In this document: one piece after another, positions 8,713 through 18,709 of the stretch
How positions within the stretch are numbered: the stretch's first letter is position 1
How the letters are laid out: the number at the start of each line of letters is the position of its first letter
Source: Synergistes sp.
Lineage (GTDB): Bacteria; Synergistota; Synergistia; Synergistales; Synergistaceae
Direction of reading: 5' to 3'
Length of the DNA stretch: 43,949 nucleotides
Assembly (NCBI GenBank): GCA_030531745.1
Contig: JAUNMU010000002.1
Coordinates: 1-43,949, forward strand
Notes under the pieces: generated by a model
The model's input: only the letters and a program-made list of their open reading frames with translations
What the model was told of the DNA's origin: nothing
The model's database searches: none
Made by a program: the position numbers and the translations under genes

Positions 8713-9087
8713 TTATCGGCAAACAATATACCCCATCTTCTCAGGCACTACTCCGCGCACTCCACCCAACGGGGCCTTAGTATCGCCTTTGTACCGCGGT
8801 ATAAGATGCATGTGAACGTGCATCACCGACTGGCCGGCACATTCGCCGCAGTTCACGCCAAAATTGTAACCATCGGGACTGTACATATCGTCTAATATAT
8901 GTTTTCCCTTATGAAGCAGATCGTATATTGCGAATTCTTCTTCGTGAGTTATATCAAAGTAACTGCTTACATGCCGTTTTGGAATAATAAGCAAGTGTCC
9001 TTTGTTTACCGGCATAACGTCAAAGACAGCGTAAGCAAGTTCATTTTCTATAACATAATCTTTTAGTTTGCAAAAAATGCAGTCCAT
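8713..9087 (-). CDS. HIT family (histidine triad) nucleotide hydrolase
   Basis: HVHMHLIP triad motif. The internal ATG at 9087 gives the N-terminus MDCIFCKL and sits 4 nt after the rsfS stop. The longer ORF would overlap rsfS. Confidence 0.88.
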   Translation of the reverse strand: MDCIFCKLKDYVIENELAYAVFDVMPVNKGHLLIIPKRHVSSYFDITHEEEFAIYDLLHKGKHILDDMYSPDGYNFGVNCGECAGQSVMHVHMHLIPRYKGDTKAPLGGVRGVVPEKMGYIVCR

Positions 9088-9091
9088 CCTG

Positions 9092-9457
9092 TTATTCGTC
9101 CCTATCCTCAAATTTAATTGTTGGTGCATCTCCCCACAGAGAATCAAGGCGGTAAAAATCGCAGGCATCTTTGCTCAAGATATTGACAATAAGGTCGCCC
9201 GCGTCAATGAGCGTCCAGCGCGTACTCGTTTCACCCTCAACTCTGTATGTTGATCCCATTTCGTCAAGTGTATCCTTTGCCGTGTCTTTGAGTGTCCTTG
9301 CGTTAAGTTCCGAACGTGCTTTCACTACGAGGAATACATCGGCAAATCCGGAAATTCCGCTAAGATCAAGTGCAGTCACCTCAACTGCGTGCTTATCAAT
9401 CAGCGCATTTACAAGCTTCATATAGGGCGTACAAAAGTTATCATTTTTATAGGACAT
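9092..9457 (-). CDS. rsfS: Ribosome silencing factor RsfS (iojap family)
   Basis: Iojap-like sequence (DLSGISGFADVFLVVKARS...WTLIDAGDLIVNIL). ATG 9457 is preceded by AAGGAGAG and follows the LCP stop by 1 nt. Confidence 0.85.
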   Translation of the reverse strand: MSYKNDNFCTPYMKLVNALIDKHAVEVTALDLSGISGFADVFLVVKARSELNARTLKDTAKDTLDEMGSTYRVEGETSTRWTLIDAGDLIVNILSKDACDFYRLDSLWGDAPTIKFEDRDE

Positions 9458-9458
9458 A

Positions 9459-10895
9459 TTACATCTCTCCTTTATCCATTTCTTTAAGCATACCATCCAA
9501 TAACTTTACGATCTCTTTATAGTCATGACCAGCAATGACGGATGCATAAAAAGCCTGATTGCTTTGGCGCACGAGATTTTTCGGAATACCAAGCATTTTG
9601 CCGAGCTTCTTAGCTGTTTCTTTCACACTTTCGGATGCACCTGTCGGATAGACAACATTTGAATACCTGTAGTCAAAGTGTTTCGCATTTCCGGAATGTG
9701 TTACGTCAACGCCGAGTTTTTGCAGTCTTGTTGAAATCTCGGAACTTACTCCCGACTTCCCCACTCCGTTAAGCACAGCTACAGCTTCGGGAATAGATTT
9801 AACAAAAGAGGCTATCTCATCTTTGCTCATTACGCCATGCGTATCCTTCCCCACCGCTTCCGGTTTTTCGTCTTTAGCTCTCTTAACAGAAGAATTTTTT
9901 CCAAGCTCATCGGTTGCGTCTGAGAAATCAACTTTCTTTGCATTTTTCCCTTTGCCTTCCGTTACGTCTCCCGAAATGAGCGAGGCAAGCGGCGCCGATA
10001 AAAACGCTTTTGCGGCATCCACATCGCCGACCCAGTAGCTTAGGCGATCAATCAACGCTGCTTCTCCGGGAAGCATTGAGAAATACATTTTATCGCGTCC
10101 TACCTCATTTTGAACAAATCCGGCGAGCTGAACAGCAAGAGTTGACGACATATCCGTCTTAAAAATTTTCATTGTTTGCTCCGCAAGCTCGGGTATTTTT
10201 ACTATGATTGCAGGGTTATAGGCCTTTTTGATCATAGATTTAATGAACTGCTGTTGCCTCTGCACACGTCCTATATCACCCAGTGCATCTTTTCTGAAAC
10301 GTACAAAGTGTAACGCTTTTTTGCCGTTAAGCACCTGAAGTCCAGGGCTAATATTGATGTCAAGCTTTCCGGCTCTGTCAACGTAGCGCATTTTTTTCTG
10401 AACGTCAACCTCAACTCCACCCAACATATCAACAAACTCAGGGAAGCTGTTGTAATCAACGATCACATGATAAAGTATCGGCTCTTGCAGATAGTTCTCA
10501 ACCGTTTTTTTCATCAGGTCTGCCCCACCGTAGGCAAAGGCATGGTTCAATTTCTGCACGCCATGCCCAGGGATGCTGACTCTTGTATCACGCGGCAGAG
10601 ACATTACTCTCATATTTTTATCATCTATATCAACCGTAATAAAAAGTATTGTGTCTGAACGGCGAGAGCCTTCAACATCATCCTCACCCAAAAGAAGTAT
10701 ATTTATACGCCCCTGCTGTTTCAGAAGCTCAGAATATTTCACATCTTCCTTTTTTTTGCTTTCATCTTCAAATGCGCTCCTTAAATCGGTGGTAGAGGCA
10801 TGCCACGTTGAATAAAGACAAAATGCCACACCTCCAAACATAGCGACTACTCCCAAAACAACAGCCAATATAATTGTTCTTGTCTTAGTTTTCAA
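9459..10895 (-). CDS. LytR-CpsA-Psr (LCP) family protein with C-terminal LytR_C-like domain
   Basis: N-terminal TM anchor. LCP core (RSDTILFITVD, LPRDT, NHAFAYGG). Conserved position between nadD and rsfS. Confidence 0.85.
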   Translation of the reverse strand: MKTKTRTIILAVVLGVVAMFGGVAFCLYSTWHASTTDLRSAFEDESKKKEDVKYSELLKQQGRINILLLGEDDVEGSRRSDTILFITVDIDDKNMRVMSLPRDTRVSIPGHGVQKLNHAFAYGGADLMKKTVENYLQEPILYHVIVDYNSFPEFVDMLGGVEVDVQKKMRYVDRAGKLDINISPGLQVLNGKKALHFVRFRKDALGDIGRVQRQQQFIKSMIKKAYNPAIIVKIPELAEQTMKIFKTDMSSTLAVQLAGFVQNEVGRDKMYFSMLPGEAALIDRLSYWVGDVDAAKAFLSAPLASLISGDVTEGKGKNAKKVDFSDATDELGKNSSVKRAKDEKPEAVGKDTHGVMSKDEIASFVKSIPEAVAVLNGVGKSGVSSEISTRLQKLGVDVTHSGNAKHFDYRYSNVVYPTGASESVKETAKKLGKMLGIPKNLVRQSNQAFYASVIAGHDYKEIVKLLDGMLKEMDKGEM

Positions 10896-10907
10896 ACTCT
10901 TTCCTCC

Positions 10908-11519
10908 TCAGTCTTTATAGAGCTGCTTTTTTATGATAAATTGCTCTATTGATGACGGAACCATAAATTTGATACTTCTGCCTCTTTTTATTCTATCACG
11001 CAATTCTGTACTTGAAATCGCAAGCAACGGAATTTCAAGAGGAATTATCTTATCTCTTATATCGTCGGGGAGTTCATTCATTCTTTCGTGTGTGTAACCA
11101 TATCGGCTTACAGCAACAAGTTTGCAAAGTTTCGTTACTTCATGAGCATTTTTCCAAGTCATTATACCAAGAATGGCGTCCAAACCGGTGATGAAATAGA
11201 ATTGTACTCCTGTGTATTCGGGGTCTGCGGTGACCTCACGCAATGTGTCAATCGTATAGCTGCTGCCCTCTCTGTTTATCTCTATGCGTGAAACTTTGAA
11301 ATATGGGCAGTCTACTGTTGCAAGTTCTGCCATTAAGCAACGATCCTCCGCGCACGTTATTTTCTTACCGGATTTATGCGGCGGTCTCCCTGTCGGTATA
11401 AAAATAACCTCAGAGAGCTCAAATGCGGCTCTTGCTTCCTCAGCTGCCAAAAGATGACCATTGTGTATGGGATCAAATGTTCCGCCCATTATGCCAATTC
11501 TTCGTTTTGAATAAGACAT
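10908..11519 (-). CDS. nadD: Nicotinate-nucleotide adenylyltransferase
   Basis: GGTFDPIHNGH motif, about 200 aa. Confidence 0.93.
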   Translation of the reverse strand: MSYSKRRIGIMGGTFDPIHNGHLLAAEEARAAFELSEVIFIPTGRPPHKSGKKITCAEDRCLMAELATVDCPYFKVSRIEINREGSSYTIDTLREVTADPEYTGVQFYFITGLDAILGIMTWKNAHEVTKLCKLVAVSRYGYTHERMNELPDDIRDKIIPLEIPLLAISSTELRDRIKRGRSIKFMVPSSIEQFIIKKQLYKD

Positions 11520-11547
11520 TCTTCATACTCCCGTCGGCAGATCGAAT

Positions 11548-12900
11548 TTATTCGGAATCTTCTTCGTTTTCGCTGTCATATTCTTCGCTTGGATAGTAAT
11601 CGGGATAAAAATTAAATTCTTTGTATCCGATCGCGACACTGTCACCGGAAACAGCTCCCGCAGCTTCCAAAAGTTCTTCAACTTTATGCTTTCTCAAAAG
11701 TCTGACAAAACGCGCAACGTTTTCTTCCTGACTGAAATCATAACGCTCAACGGCCTTTTCCAACTGTGTATGCAAAACACGATAGCCGCCGCCGTGCAGT
11801 GCTATTATCTGTATTTTTGCACGTTTGCGCAACGGCATCTTTTCCGGTAATTTTTCTTCCATAGCAAACAGGCGGACGTTGCTCTGAGGTCTCGGATGCA
11901 ATGCGGCAAATTTTGTTATTTCTTTGTAAAGTTCGGGGATCCCGTCTTCCGTCAGTGCGCTTGTAAGCAAAAAACGAGTGCCGATTGCAGCAAAATGCTC
12001 TCTCAAAGATGTTGAAAGCGTTTTCAAAGCATCATCGTCTATTTCATCGGATTTATTGCCGACGACAAAATATGGCCTTTGGGGAAGTTTTTCATCATAC
12101 TCCTGCATTTCGCGGCGCACGACCTCAAAGTCATTAAGTATGGAATCATAATCTCCGGACTCAAGACTAAGCACATGAATCAAAAGGCGCGTCCTATCAA
12201 CGTGTCTTAAAAAATCAAGTCCTAAGCCTCTGTTTTCATGCGCACCTTCAATAAGTCCCGGAATATCGGCGATAACGATCCTTTCATCGCCGGTATTGAG
12301 AACACCTAAATTCGGAGAAAGAGTTGTGAAAGGGTAATTTGCTATTTTCGGCTGTGCATTTGAAATTGCCGCTAAAATGCTTGATTTTCCGACATTTGGC
12401 AGTCCAACGAGCCCGACATCGGCTATAAGGCTTAACTCAAGGCGCAGCATCACCTCTTCCCCACTCTCACCTTGTTCGCAGAAGCGCGGAGCCTTGCGTG
12501 AAGAGCTTGCAAAATATCTGTTGCCTCTTCCGCCTCTGCCTCCCCTTGCCGCAACAAAACGATCCCCAGGCTCAACAAGGTCGGCACAGCCCTCCCCCGT
12601 CGCCAGATCATAAATAACAGTACCGCACGGAACATTTATAATTTTATCCTTGCCTGCGGCTCCGTTGCGTGCTGCTCCCTTCCCATGGTCGCCGTTTTCG
12701 CCTTTAATCTGATGCATATATTCAAGATCCGCAAGTGTCTGTAAATTCGTAACAGCTTCAAAAATGACGCTGCCTCCCCTGCCTCCGTTTCCACCATCCG
12801 GTCCGCCGTTTGGCTTGAAGCGTTCGCGCAGGAAACTCATGCAGCCATTGCCGCCGCGGCCTGCCTTTACAGATATTCGCATAGAATCAACAAACTTCAT
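11548..12900 (-). CDS. obg: GTPase Obg/CgtA with C-terminal OCT domain and acidic tail
   Basis: Glycine-rich Obg fold (GGNGGRGGS), G1 GLPNVGKSS, G3 DIPG, NKSD. MKFVD is the typical N-terminus, so the upstream TTG extension is rejected. Confidence 0.95.
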   Translation of the reverse strand: MKFVDSMRISVKAGRGGNGCMSFLRERFKPNGGPDGGNGGRGGSVIFEAVTNLQTLADLEYMHQIKGENGDHGKGAARNGAAGKDKIINVPCGTVIYDLATGEGCADLVEPGDRFVAARGGRGGRGNRYFASSSRKAPRFCEQGESGEEVMLRLELSLIADVGLVGLPNVGKSSILAAISNAQPKIANYPFTTLSPNLGVLNTGDERIVIADIPGLIEGAHENRGLGLDFLRHVDRTRLLIHVLSLESGDYDSILNDFEVVRREMQEYDEKLPQRPYFVVGNKSDEIDDDALKTLSTSLREHFAAIGTRFLLTSALTEDGIPELYKEITKFAALHPRPQSNVRLFAMEEKLPEKMPLRKRAKIQIIALHGGGYRVLHTQLEKAVERYDFSQEENVARFVRLLRKHKVEELLEAAGAVSGDSVAIGYKEFNFYPDYYPSEEYDSENEEDSE

Positions 12901-12928
12901 AAACTCACCACTTATCAAGGCAAAATAA

Positions 12929-12957
12929 CAAAAAAGGGCTACTCTGTGAGTGGCCCC
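12929..12957 (-). terminator. Rho-independent terminator/attenuator between rpmA and obg
   Basis: On the minus strand GGGCCACT / AGTAGCCC (8 bp, one mismatch) with loop CACAG, followed by TTTTTTGTT. Confidence 0.55.
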
Positions 12958-13007
12958 AAAGAAAATTAAAGATCAAAGTAACTGAGCGTCGCCTCAAAAA
13001 CAATACG

Positions 13008-13277
13008 CTACTGCTCGTTTTCTTCCGCAACAGGCTCTATCGTCACAAACTTACGGTCAGCCTTCGTACTAAAACGCACGAGACCGGGAACCGTTGCAAA
13101 AATCGTAAAATCACGTCCCAGTCCGGTATTCTTGCCGGGATGGAACTTAGTTCCTCTCTGACGAAGTATAATGGTTCCTGCGTTTACGAAGCTGCCGTCA
13201 CCGCGTTTAATACCAAGATATTTTGGCTGACTGTCACGACCGTTGGTTGAGCTGCCTTGCCCTTTTTTATGTGCCAT
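13008..13277 (-). CDS. rpmA: 50S ribosomal protein L27
   Basis: [17 protein letters not shown]-terminus and full-length L27. Confidence 0.97.
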   Translation of the reverse strand: MAHKKGQGSSTNGRDSQPKYLGIKRGDGSFVNAGTIILRQRGTKFHPGKNTGLGRDFTIFATVPGLVRFSTKADRKFVTIEPVAEENEQ

Positions 13278-13299
13278 AAGTTATTTCCCCCTTGAAAAA

Positions 13300-13611
13300 C
13301 TAAGCGTTGATAGCTTCTATCTGAATGAGAGTGTACTGCTGACGATGACCGCGGAATTTACGATAATTCTTCTTTCTGCGATACTTAAAGACGATAACCT
13401 TGTTGTCCTTTCCGCTTTCAACAACTTTCGCAGTCACCTTTGCGCCGTCAACATAAGGCGCACCGACAACAACACCATCGTCCTTAGCAAGAAGGATCAC
13501 TTTGTCAAACTCAACAAGTGCACCGTCTTCTGCATGAAGCTTTTCAACTCTGAACTTGTCACCTTCGGAAACGCGATACTGCTTTCCGCCCTGTTCAATT
13601 ATAGCGTACAT
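13300..13611 (-). CDS. rplU: 50S ribosomal protein L21
   Basis: [14 protein letters not shown] is the typical L21 start. GGAGGAGG SD present. An extra in-frame ATG one codon upstream (13614) is also possible. Confidence 0.96.
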   Translation of the reverse strand: MYAIIEQGGKQYRVSEGDKFRVEKLHAEDGALVEFDKVILLAKDDGVVVGAPYVDGAKVTAKVVESGKDNKVIVFKYRRKKNYRKFRGHRQQYTLIQIEAINA

Positions 13612-13685
13612 CATTTTTCCTCCTCCGCTGTGCGTAAGGCAGCTGACAGCTTTAAGCCCACGCCAAGCGATTTATAAACTCAGCA

Positions 13686-13714
13686 ATTATAAAGTCAAAA
13701 CACTAAGCTGTCAA
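13686..13714 (-). promoter_or_regulatory. Consensus sigma70 promoter for rplU-rpmA (TTGACA-N17-TATAAT)
   Basis: On the minus strand TTGACA lies at 13714-13709, a 17-nt spacer follows, and TATAAT lies at 13691-13686. It is about 70 nt upstream of rplU. Confidence 0.7.
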
Positions 13715-13818
13715 GCAACGTGATTTGAGCCAATAGACCCCGTATTCACGGGCAAATTGCCAAAGTTAAATCCGTTTTTCGGCGCAGGAACGGCGGCAGA
13801 TTTTACTTCGTTTGCGTA

Positions 13819-14874
13819 TTATTCTATAAACATCGCATCTCCGAATGAGAAAAATCGGTAGTGTTTTGATACTGCTTCGCGGTATGCGTTCATTAAGGTG
13901 TCGTAGCCACCGAAGGCAGAGACGAGCATGAGGAGTGTACTCATAGGAAGGTGAAAGTTTGTTATCAGAGCGTCAACGACCCTGAAATCAAACCCCGGGG
14001 TTATGAAAAGATTCGTTGAGAGCGTCCCCGATTTAATACAGCCGAATTTTGCGGCAAATGACTCAAGCGTTCTTACGACGGTCGTGCCGACTGCTACTAC
14101 TCTGCCGCCCGCCGCTTTTGTTTTGGATATTGCTTCTGCCGTTTCTTTCGGTATTTCGCAAAATTCGGTGTGCATTATGTGCTGTGAAATATTTTCTGTT
14201 TTAACGGGGCGGAAAGTCCCCAACCCTACCTGTAATGTGACAAATGTATGTTTCACACCTTTGGCTTCCAGTTTTTTAAGCAGTTCGGGCGTAAAATGCA
14301 AGCCGGCTGTCGGCGCGGCAACTGAATTTTCTTTTTCTGCCTTTGCATATACTGTCTGATAGCGCTCTGCCTCGGCGTGCGTGTCGGTGATATAGTGCGG
14401 CAGCGGTGTCTGTCCGTATTTGTGTATTACAGACAGTGGGTCGTTGTTTCTGTCAAAGATTATTGTGCGCAGACCGTCTTCCAATCTTTTTTCCACTGTA
14501 ACCGTTACAGAATCGGAGATCATGACCTGAGTCCCCTCCGGCAGTTTGCGTCCCGGGCGAACCAAAGCAGTCCATTCGTTTGGAATTGCCGTGGGATTTA
14601 GGAAAAATATTTCAACTTTTGCGCCGTCTTTATTGCCGTTTATCTTTACTGCACTTACTCTTGCCGGAAGTACACGTGTATCATTCATTACAAGCAGGTC
14701 ATCGCAGCGCAGATATTCTGCTATGTCACGAAAAATTTTATCTTCTGTTTTTCCGTTCTCTTTATGCACGACAAACAAACGCGAAGAATCTCTCGGCTCT
14801 GCCGGATCCTGCGCGATAAGTTCTTTGGGGAGAAAATAATCGTAAGATGATGTTTTGGTAAGGTCGGGTGTCAA
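13819..14874 (-). CDS. queA: S-adenosylmethionine:tRNA ribosyltransferase-isomerase
   Basis: YDYFLPKELIAQDPAEPRDSSRL N-terminal signature and C-terminal YRFFSFGDAMFI. TTG start at 14874 with AAAGAGG SD, 1 nt after the spoIID-like stop. The 60-codon upstream ORF extension overlaps that gene. Confidence 0.9.
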   Translation of the reverse strand: MTPDLTKTSSYDYFLPKELIAQDPAEPRDSSRLFVVHKENGKTEDKIFRDIAEYLRCDDLLVMNDTRVLPARVSAVKINGNKDGAKVEIFFLNPTAIPNEWTALVRPGRKLPEGTQVMISDSVTVTVEKRLEDGLRTIIFDRNNDPLSVIHKYGQTPLPHYITDTHAEAERYQTVYAKAEKENSVAAPTAGLHFTPELLKKLEAKGVKHTFVTLQVGLGTFRPVKTENISQHIMHTEFCEIPKETAEAISKTKAAGGRVVAVGTTVVRTLESFAAKFGCIKSGTLSTNLFITPGFDFRVVDALITNFHLPMSTLLMLVSAFGGYDTLMNAYREAVSKHYRFFSFGDAMFIE

Positions 14875-14875
14875 T

Positions 14876-16285
14876 TCAGTTACCTCTTTCCACTGTTGTT
14901 CCCGGGAAGTAATAATCAAGAATCTGTCTGTATGTCCAACCGGCATCTGCCATTGCCTTTGCCGTCCACTGAGGCATACCCACGCCATGTCCGTAGCCTG
15001 CGCCGCATATTTCAATCTCCGTTCCGGAGACAAAGGAGTCTGATTGATTTTCATTGTTGAGTGCTGTCGTATTCACAGATCGGTTGTCTGCGGTCTGCAC
15101 GGCAGCAGAAGAATTTGAATCAGATCGCCTTTTCATTCTTGCCTTGCCTTCCGCAATGTATTCGGGATATTTATCCGTCTTTCCGAGCATTGAGACGAGT
15201 TCACTTGCTGAAAATATTCTGTTGCGCGACATCCACATCAATATATCCTCTTCGTTTTGCGGCATATCGCTTTCGTCAATATCTGCTGTGCTGCTCTGCG
15301 TGTCATCCGTAACAGGCATATTTACAGCCGTAGATGCTGCATATAGCGGTGCTGTGCCAAATGAAAACAGCGTACTTTTTACGACTGCCGCGCCTATGGC
15401 AGAACGGAATTTAGTTCCGGAAATTAACTTTGTTCCGGCAGTTCCCGAGATTTCAAGCTGAGATACTCTTCCGCTTTCATCTCTTTGCGCTATCCGCAAT
15501 GAATCAACGCTGCCGTTGTATAATTTTGCAGCGGCAAGTTTGCCTGAGATCTGCTGCATGGTAAATGAAGCCTTCCAATTTCTTCCGGTGTAGTTGACTT
15601 CAACAGGGTCATTTTTGCTTTGCAGATATGGTATTTCTTTTCCAAAGACAGATCTGTTAGAGGCTGTAACGCCGCCGCTGTCCGCAAAATAATATATTTG
15701 CGCCGTGTTGCCGCCGGATGTCAGTATTTCGCCTTTTGTATCTTCAACTGCGGCCCTCACTGCGTCCGTTTCTTTGGTTATACCCTTATATACCTGACAG
15801 TGACTTGCACTGCATATATCATATTTTCCGTGCCTTTTGGATAACAATGTGTATGTCCTTGCAAGTACCGCCTGTGCTTTCAGGGCTTCAACGTTCCACG
15901 CAGGATTCATTTCTATGGGTATCACACCCTTAAGATAATCTTCCAAGTCTATATTATTTATTATATTGACACCTTTTGAATTCTGTTCAAATGTTATATT
16001 TCCGTAATATGAAATGCCGTTTATCACCACCGGATTGGGAGATGTCACGGTTACAGGCAGAAGATATGTAACACTTCCTGCTGCAAGGCAATTTCCCGAT
16101 GCCGCAACGCTGAAAATTCCGGTGATAGGGGGCGTAACGCCTCCATCTCCCACGCGCAGTACAAAATCCGTGCCAGCGATACTGCACCCGGGAGCGTTTG
16201 CTTCCAAAAGGACTGCTATTTCGTGTGCCTCTGCAACCCCCGACATATAGCACAGCAATAAGAGGAGCAACAGCAGCTTTTTCAT
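14876..16285 (-). CDS. SpoIID/LytB domain-containing protein (secreted)
   Basis: Signal peptide [20 protein letters not shown]. SpoIID-type motifs (LKAQAVLARTY, YYFADSGG, GAGYGHGVGMPQWTA). A low-complexity insert of about 100 aa lies before the C-terminal motif. Confidence 0.8.
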   Translation of the reverse strand: MKKLLLLLLLLCYMSGVAEAHEIAVLLEANAPGCSIAGTDFVLRVGDGGVTPPITGIFSVAASGNCLAAGSVTYLLPVTVTSPNPVVINGISYYGNITFEQNSKGVNIINNIDLEDYLKGVIPIEMNPAWNVEALKAQAVLARTYTLLSKRHGKYDICSASHCQVYKGITKETDAVRAAVEDTKGEILTSGGNTAQIYYFADSGGVTASNRSVFGKEIPYLQSKNDPVEVNYTGRNWKASFTMQQISGKLAAAKLYNGSVDSLRIAQRDESGRVSQLEISGTAGTKLISGTKFRSAIGAAVVKSTLFSFGTAPLYAASTAVNMPVTDDTQSSTADIDESDMPQNEEDILMWMSRNRIFSASELVSMLGKTDKYPEYIAEGKARMKRRSDSNSSAAVQTADNRSVNTTALNNENQSDSFVSGTEIEICGAGYGHGVGMPQWTAKAMADAGWTYRQILDYYFPGTTVERGN

Positions 16286-16506
16286 TATTTGATCCTTGTG
16301 AATATGTTGATCACGACAGTTAAGATAATGCTCACCACGATCATCGTACCGAATGGCGCAAATACAGTCACATTTTTCCTGTGGTATGTAAAATCAAACG
16401 GTAGATTGCCAAATGGAATATTGAACTTTCCTGCTGCAAGCATAAGCACACCAAGCACTATAAGTACAGCCCCAAACGTAATGAGCATTTTTCCTATGGA
16501 AATCAA
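16285..16506 (-). CDS. DUF2905 family small membrane protein
   Basis: 73 aa with two TM helices and a GNLPFDF-type central motif. Start overlaps the ruvB stop (ATGA) and stop overlaps the next start (TAATG). Confidence 0.7.
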   Translation of the reverse strand: MISIGKMLITFGAVLIVLGVLMLAAGKFNIPFGNLPFDFTYHRKNVTVFAPFGTMIVVSIILTVVINIFTRIK

Positions 16507-17579
16507 TTTTCTTCACCTTCCGCAAATAAAGCCCTTTGCGCCGTCTGTTGTTGAGATGTATCCTGCGGCACGGGCAGACCGAGATATTCCCAGGTCGTGC
16601 GCGTTGCTTTTCTGCCGCGCGGGGTACGTTCAATCATGCCTTTTTGGATAAGATACGGTTCGTAAATATCTTCTATTGTCTGCGCATCTTCATTAAGTGC
16701 CGCAGCAAGAGTTGAAAGTCCTACGGGACCTCCGTCAAAAAGTTCTGTCAGCGCACGGAGAAATTTTCTGTCACCTTCATCAAGTCCGTCAGAGTCTACG
16801 CCGAGCATATCAAGTGCGTAGCGCGCAAGACCGCGCTCTATCGTGCGTATCTGTTTTACTTCGGCAACATCCCTTACGCGGCGAAGCAGACGCAATGCCA
16901 CCCTCGGTGTGCCGCGCGAACGCTTGCCTATTTCGTCCGCCGCTTCATCTGTTATTTCAACACCCAATACACCGCACCCACGCTTTACGATAGCCATAAG
17001 TTCCTCCGGCTTATAGAGGTGAAGCTGCTCCATAATGCCAAAGCGTGCGCGAAGCGGCGATGTCAAGAGACCAAGGCGCGTTGTTGCACCGATCAACGTG
17101 AATTTGGGCAGCGCAAGCTTTATGCTGCGTGCCATAGGACCTTTTCCGACAATTATTGAAAGAGAAAAATCTTCCATCGCAGGATAAAGGATTTCTTCAA
17201 TGTTGGCAGACATTCTGTGAATTTCATCAATGAAAAGGACATCATTTGCCTGAATATTTGAGAGGATAGCAGCCAAATCACCGGCACGCTCAAGAGCGGG
17301 CCCCGTAGTGACACGAAGATTGCCTTTCATTTCTTTTGCTATGATTCCGGCAAGCGTAGTTTTGCCAAGCCCGGGAGGCCCGTAAAAAAGAGTGTGGTCA
17401 AGCGGTTCACCGCGCTGCTGTGATGCTTTTATGAATATTGAAAGTTTGTCTTTCAGGTCGCTTTGTCCGATAAAATCCTCCAAAGCCTGAGGACGCAGAG
17501 TGAGCCCCTCATCTTCCTTGCCCTGACGCATTATTTCAATCAGTTTATGGCTGTTTTCCATTTCATTCATGGCTGTCAA
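16503..17579 (-). CDS. ruvB: Holliday junction branch migration helicase RuvB
   Basis: Walker [10 protein letters not shown], Walker B LFIDEIHR, and a RuvB winged-helix C-terminus. Confidence 0.97.
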   Translation of the reverse strand: MTAMNEMENSHKLIEIMRQGKEDEGLTLRPQALEDFIGQSDLKDKLSIFIKASQQRGEPLDHTLFYGPPGLGKTTLAGIIAKEMKGNLRVTTGPALERAGDLAAILSNIQANDVLFIDEIHRMSANIEEILYPAMEDFSLSIIVGKGPMARSIKLALPKFTLIGATTRLGLLTSPLRARFGIMEQLHLYKPEELMAIVKRGCGVLGVEITDEAADEIGKRSRGTPRVALRLLRRVRDVAEVKQIRTIERGLARYALDMLGVDSDGLDEGDRKFLRALTELFDGGPVGLSTLAAALNEDAQTIEDIYEPYLIQKGMIERTPRGRKATRTTWEYLGLPVPQDTSQQQTAQRALFAEGEEN

Positions 17580-17580
17580 C

Positions 17581-18180
17581 CTACTTGCGCTGCAATATAC
17601 CGAGAGACGCTTTCAGCAAAGTCTCTTCTGTCCAAACAACGTCATCATCCGCCTGCGCCTTTGCCGCGGCTATTGATCTTGCCGCTTCGCCATGCGTAAA
17701 TCCAAGCCCGATAAGCGCATCCGCGACAAAAGAGTCAAATGCAGACGAGGCATCTGTCTGCACAACAGGCAAATCGGCAAATTTTTTATCTATCTTTTGT
17801 TTAAGTTCAAAACAAATTCTCTCGGCACGTTTAGCCCCAAGCCCGGGAACAGAAAGCGTCTGCACGTTTCCGATCTTAATTGCATTTACGATCGCAGGCA
17901 GATCAAGGTTGCGCATAAGAGAAATAGCCATCTTGCCGCCTATTGTCTTTACCTGTAGGAGTTCCATGAAAAATCTGCGCTCAACATCTGAGGAAAAGCC
18001 GAACATAGCAACATTTGCATCGGAAATCTGCATATAGGTAAGACATTTCATCTCCGAATCAATAGCGACAGATGTCATAAGCGACTTTGTCGGGTATAAC
18101 TCAATGCCAAATCCCGATACGTCAATTACTATAGTTTCATTATTTATATCTGTGACTGTTCCGCGCAGGAAAGTGATCAT
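17581..18180 (-). CDS. ruvA: Holliday junction DNA-binding protein RuvA
   Basis: MITFLRGT N-terminus and HhH motif region ([12 protein letters not shown]). Lies directly upstream of ruvB. Confidence 0.92.
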   Translation of the reverse strand: MITFLRGTVTDINNETIVIDVSGFGIELYPTKSLMTSVAIDSEMKCLTYMQISDANVAMFGFSSDVERRFFMELLQVKTIGGKMAISLMRNLDLPAIVNAIKIGNVQTLSVPGLGAKRAERICFELKQKIDKKFADLPVVQTDASSAFDSFVADALIGLGFTHGEAARSIAAAKAQADDDVVWTEETLLKASLGILQRK

Positions 18181-18181
18181 T

Positions 18182-18709
18182 TTAATATCCCTTCAAAATA
18201 TTGCGTTCGTAGCTTTTCATCGCAAGCCCCGCGATCGCTATCGCAAGCGCATCGGCGGCATCATCGGGCGTAGGACGTTTCACAAGCCCCAACAGGCTTG
18301 CCGTCATCGCCTGAACCTGTCCTTTTTCCGCGCTGCCGTAGCCGCAGACTGCTATTTTTGCCTCGCTTGGTTTGATCTCGTAAGGCTCATATCCCAACTG
18401 AGCCGCAAAGAGAAGAACAACTCCCCTCGCCTGCCACACCATTTCCGCAGTGGTCACGTTTCTTCCAAAGTACAACTTTTCAACCGCGATCATATCGGGA
18501 GGAAATTCATCGGTTTTTGCTTTAAGTTCGGAGTACAGCAGAGCGAGCCTTCGTGAGAGTGACAGGTCGGTCGGTGTCTTTATAACACCGTAGGTCTCAC
18601 ATACGAGAGAATTTCCTGACTGAGAAACGACCCCGTAGCCCAAAGTTCCAAGCCCGGGGTCTATACCTAAAGCCCTTATAGTGGCGGAGCCGTAAATGTT
18701 ATCAGTCAA
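18182..18709 (-). CDS. ruvC: Crossover junction endodeoxyribonuclease RuvC
   Basis: LGIDPGLGTLGYGVV catalytic N-terminus. TTG at 18709 overlaps the yebC stop. The longer ATG ORF (to 18778) would overlap yebC by 77 nt. Confidence 0.85.
   Translation of the reverse strand: MTDNIYGSATIRALGIDPGLGTLGYGVVSQSGNSLVCETYGVIKTPTDLSLSRRLALLYSELKAKTDEFPPDMIAVEKLYFGRNVTTAEMVWQARGVVLLFAAQLGYEPYEIKPSEAKIAVCGYGSAEKGQVQAMTASLLGLVKRPTPDDAADALAIAIAGLAMKSYERNILKGY

Noticed and set aside
8713-9168. Full 151-aa HIT ORF and the long N-terminal versions of the rsfS, XRE, obg, pgi and macA-like ORFs
   Set aside because: The extensions overlap upstream genes or lack an SD. Internal starts give the family-typical N-termini and proper SD spacing.
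13615-13685. Ribosomal-protein L21 leader RNA upstream of rplU
   Set aside because: The 5' UTR of about 70 nt is the right size and location. I could not identify a convincing conserved structure by eye, so a covariance-model search is needed before calling it.
13738-13753. Hairpin CCCGT-gaat-ACGGG as the queA terminator
   Set aside because: The stem is only 5 bp and has no clear U-tract. This is too weak to report as a feature.
14875-15054. 60-codon ATG-initiated N-terminal extension of queA
   Set aside because: It overlaps the 3' end of the spoIID-like gene and has no QueA homology. The TTG at 14874 restores the canonical N-terminus and has an SD.
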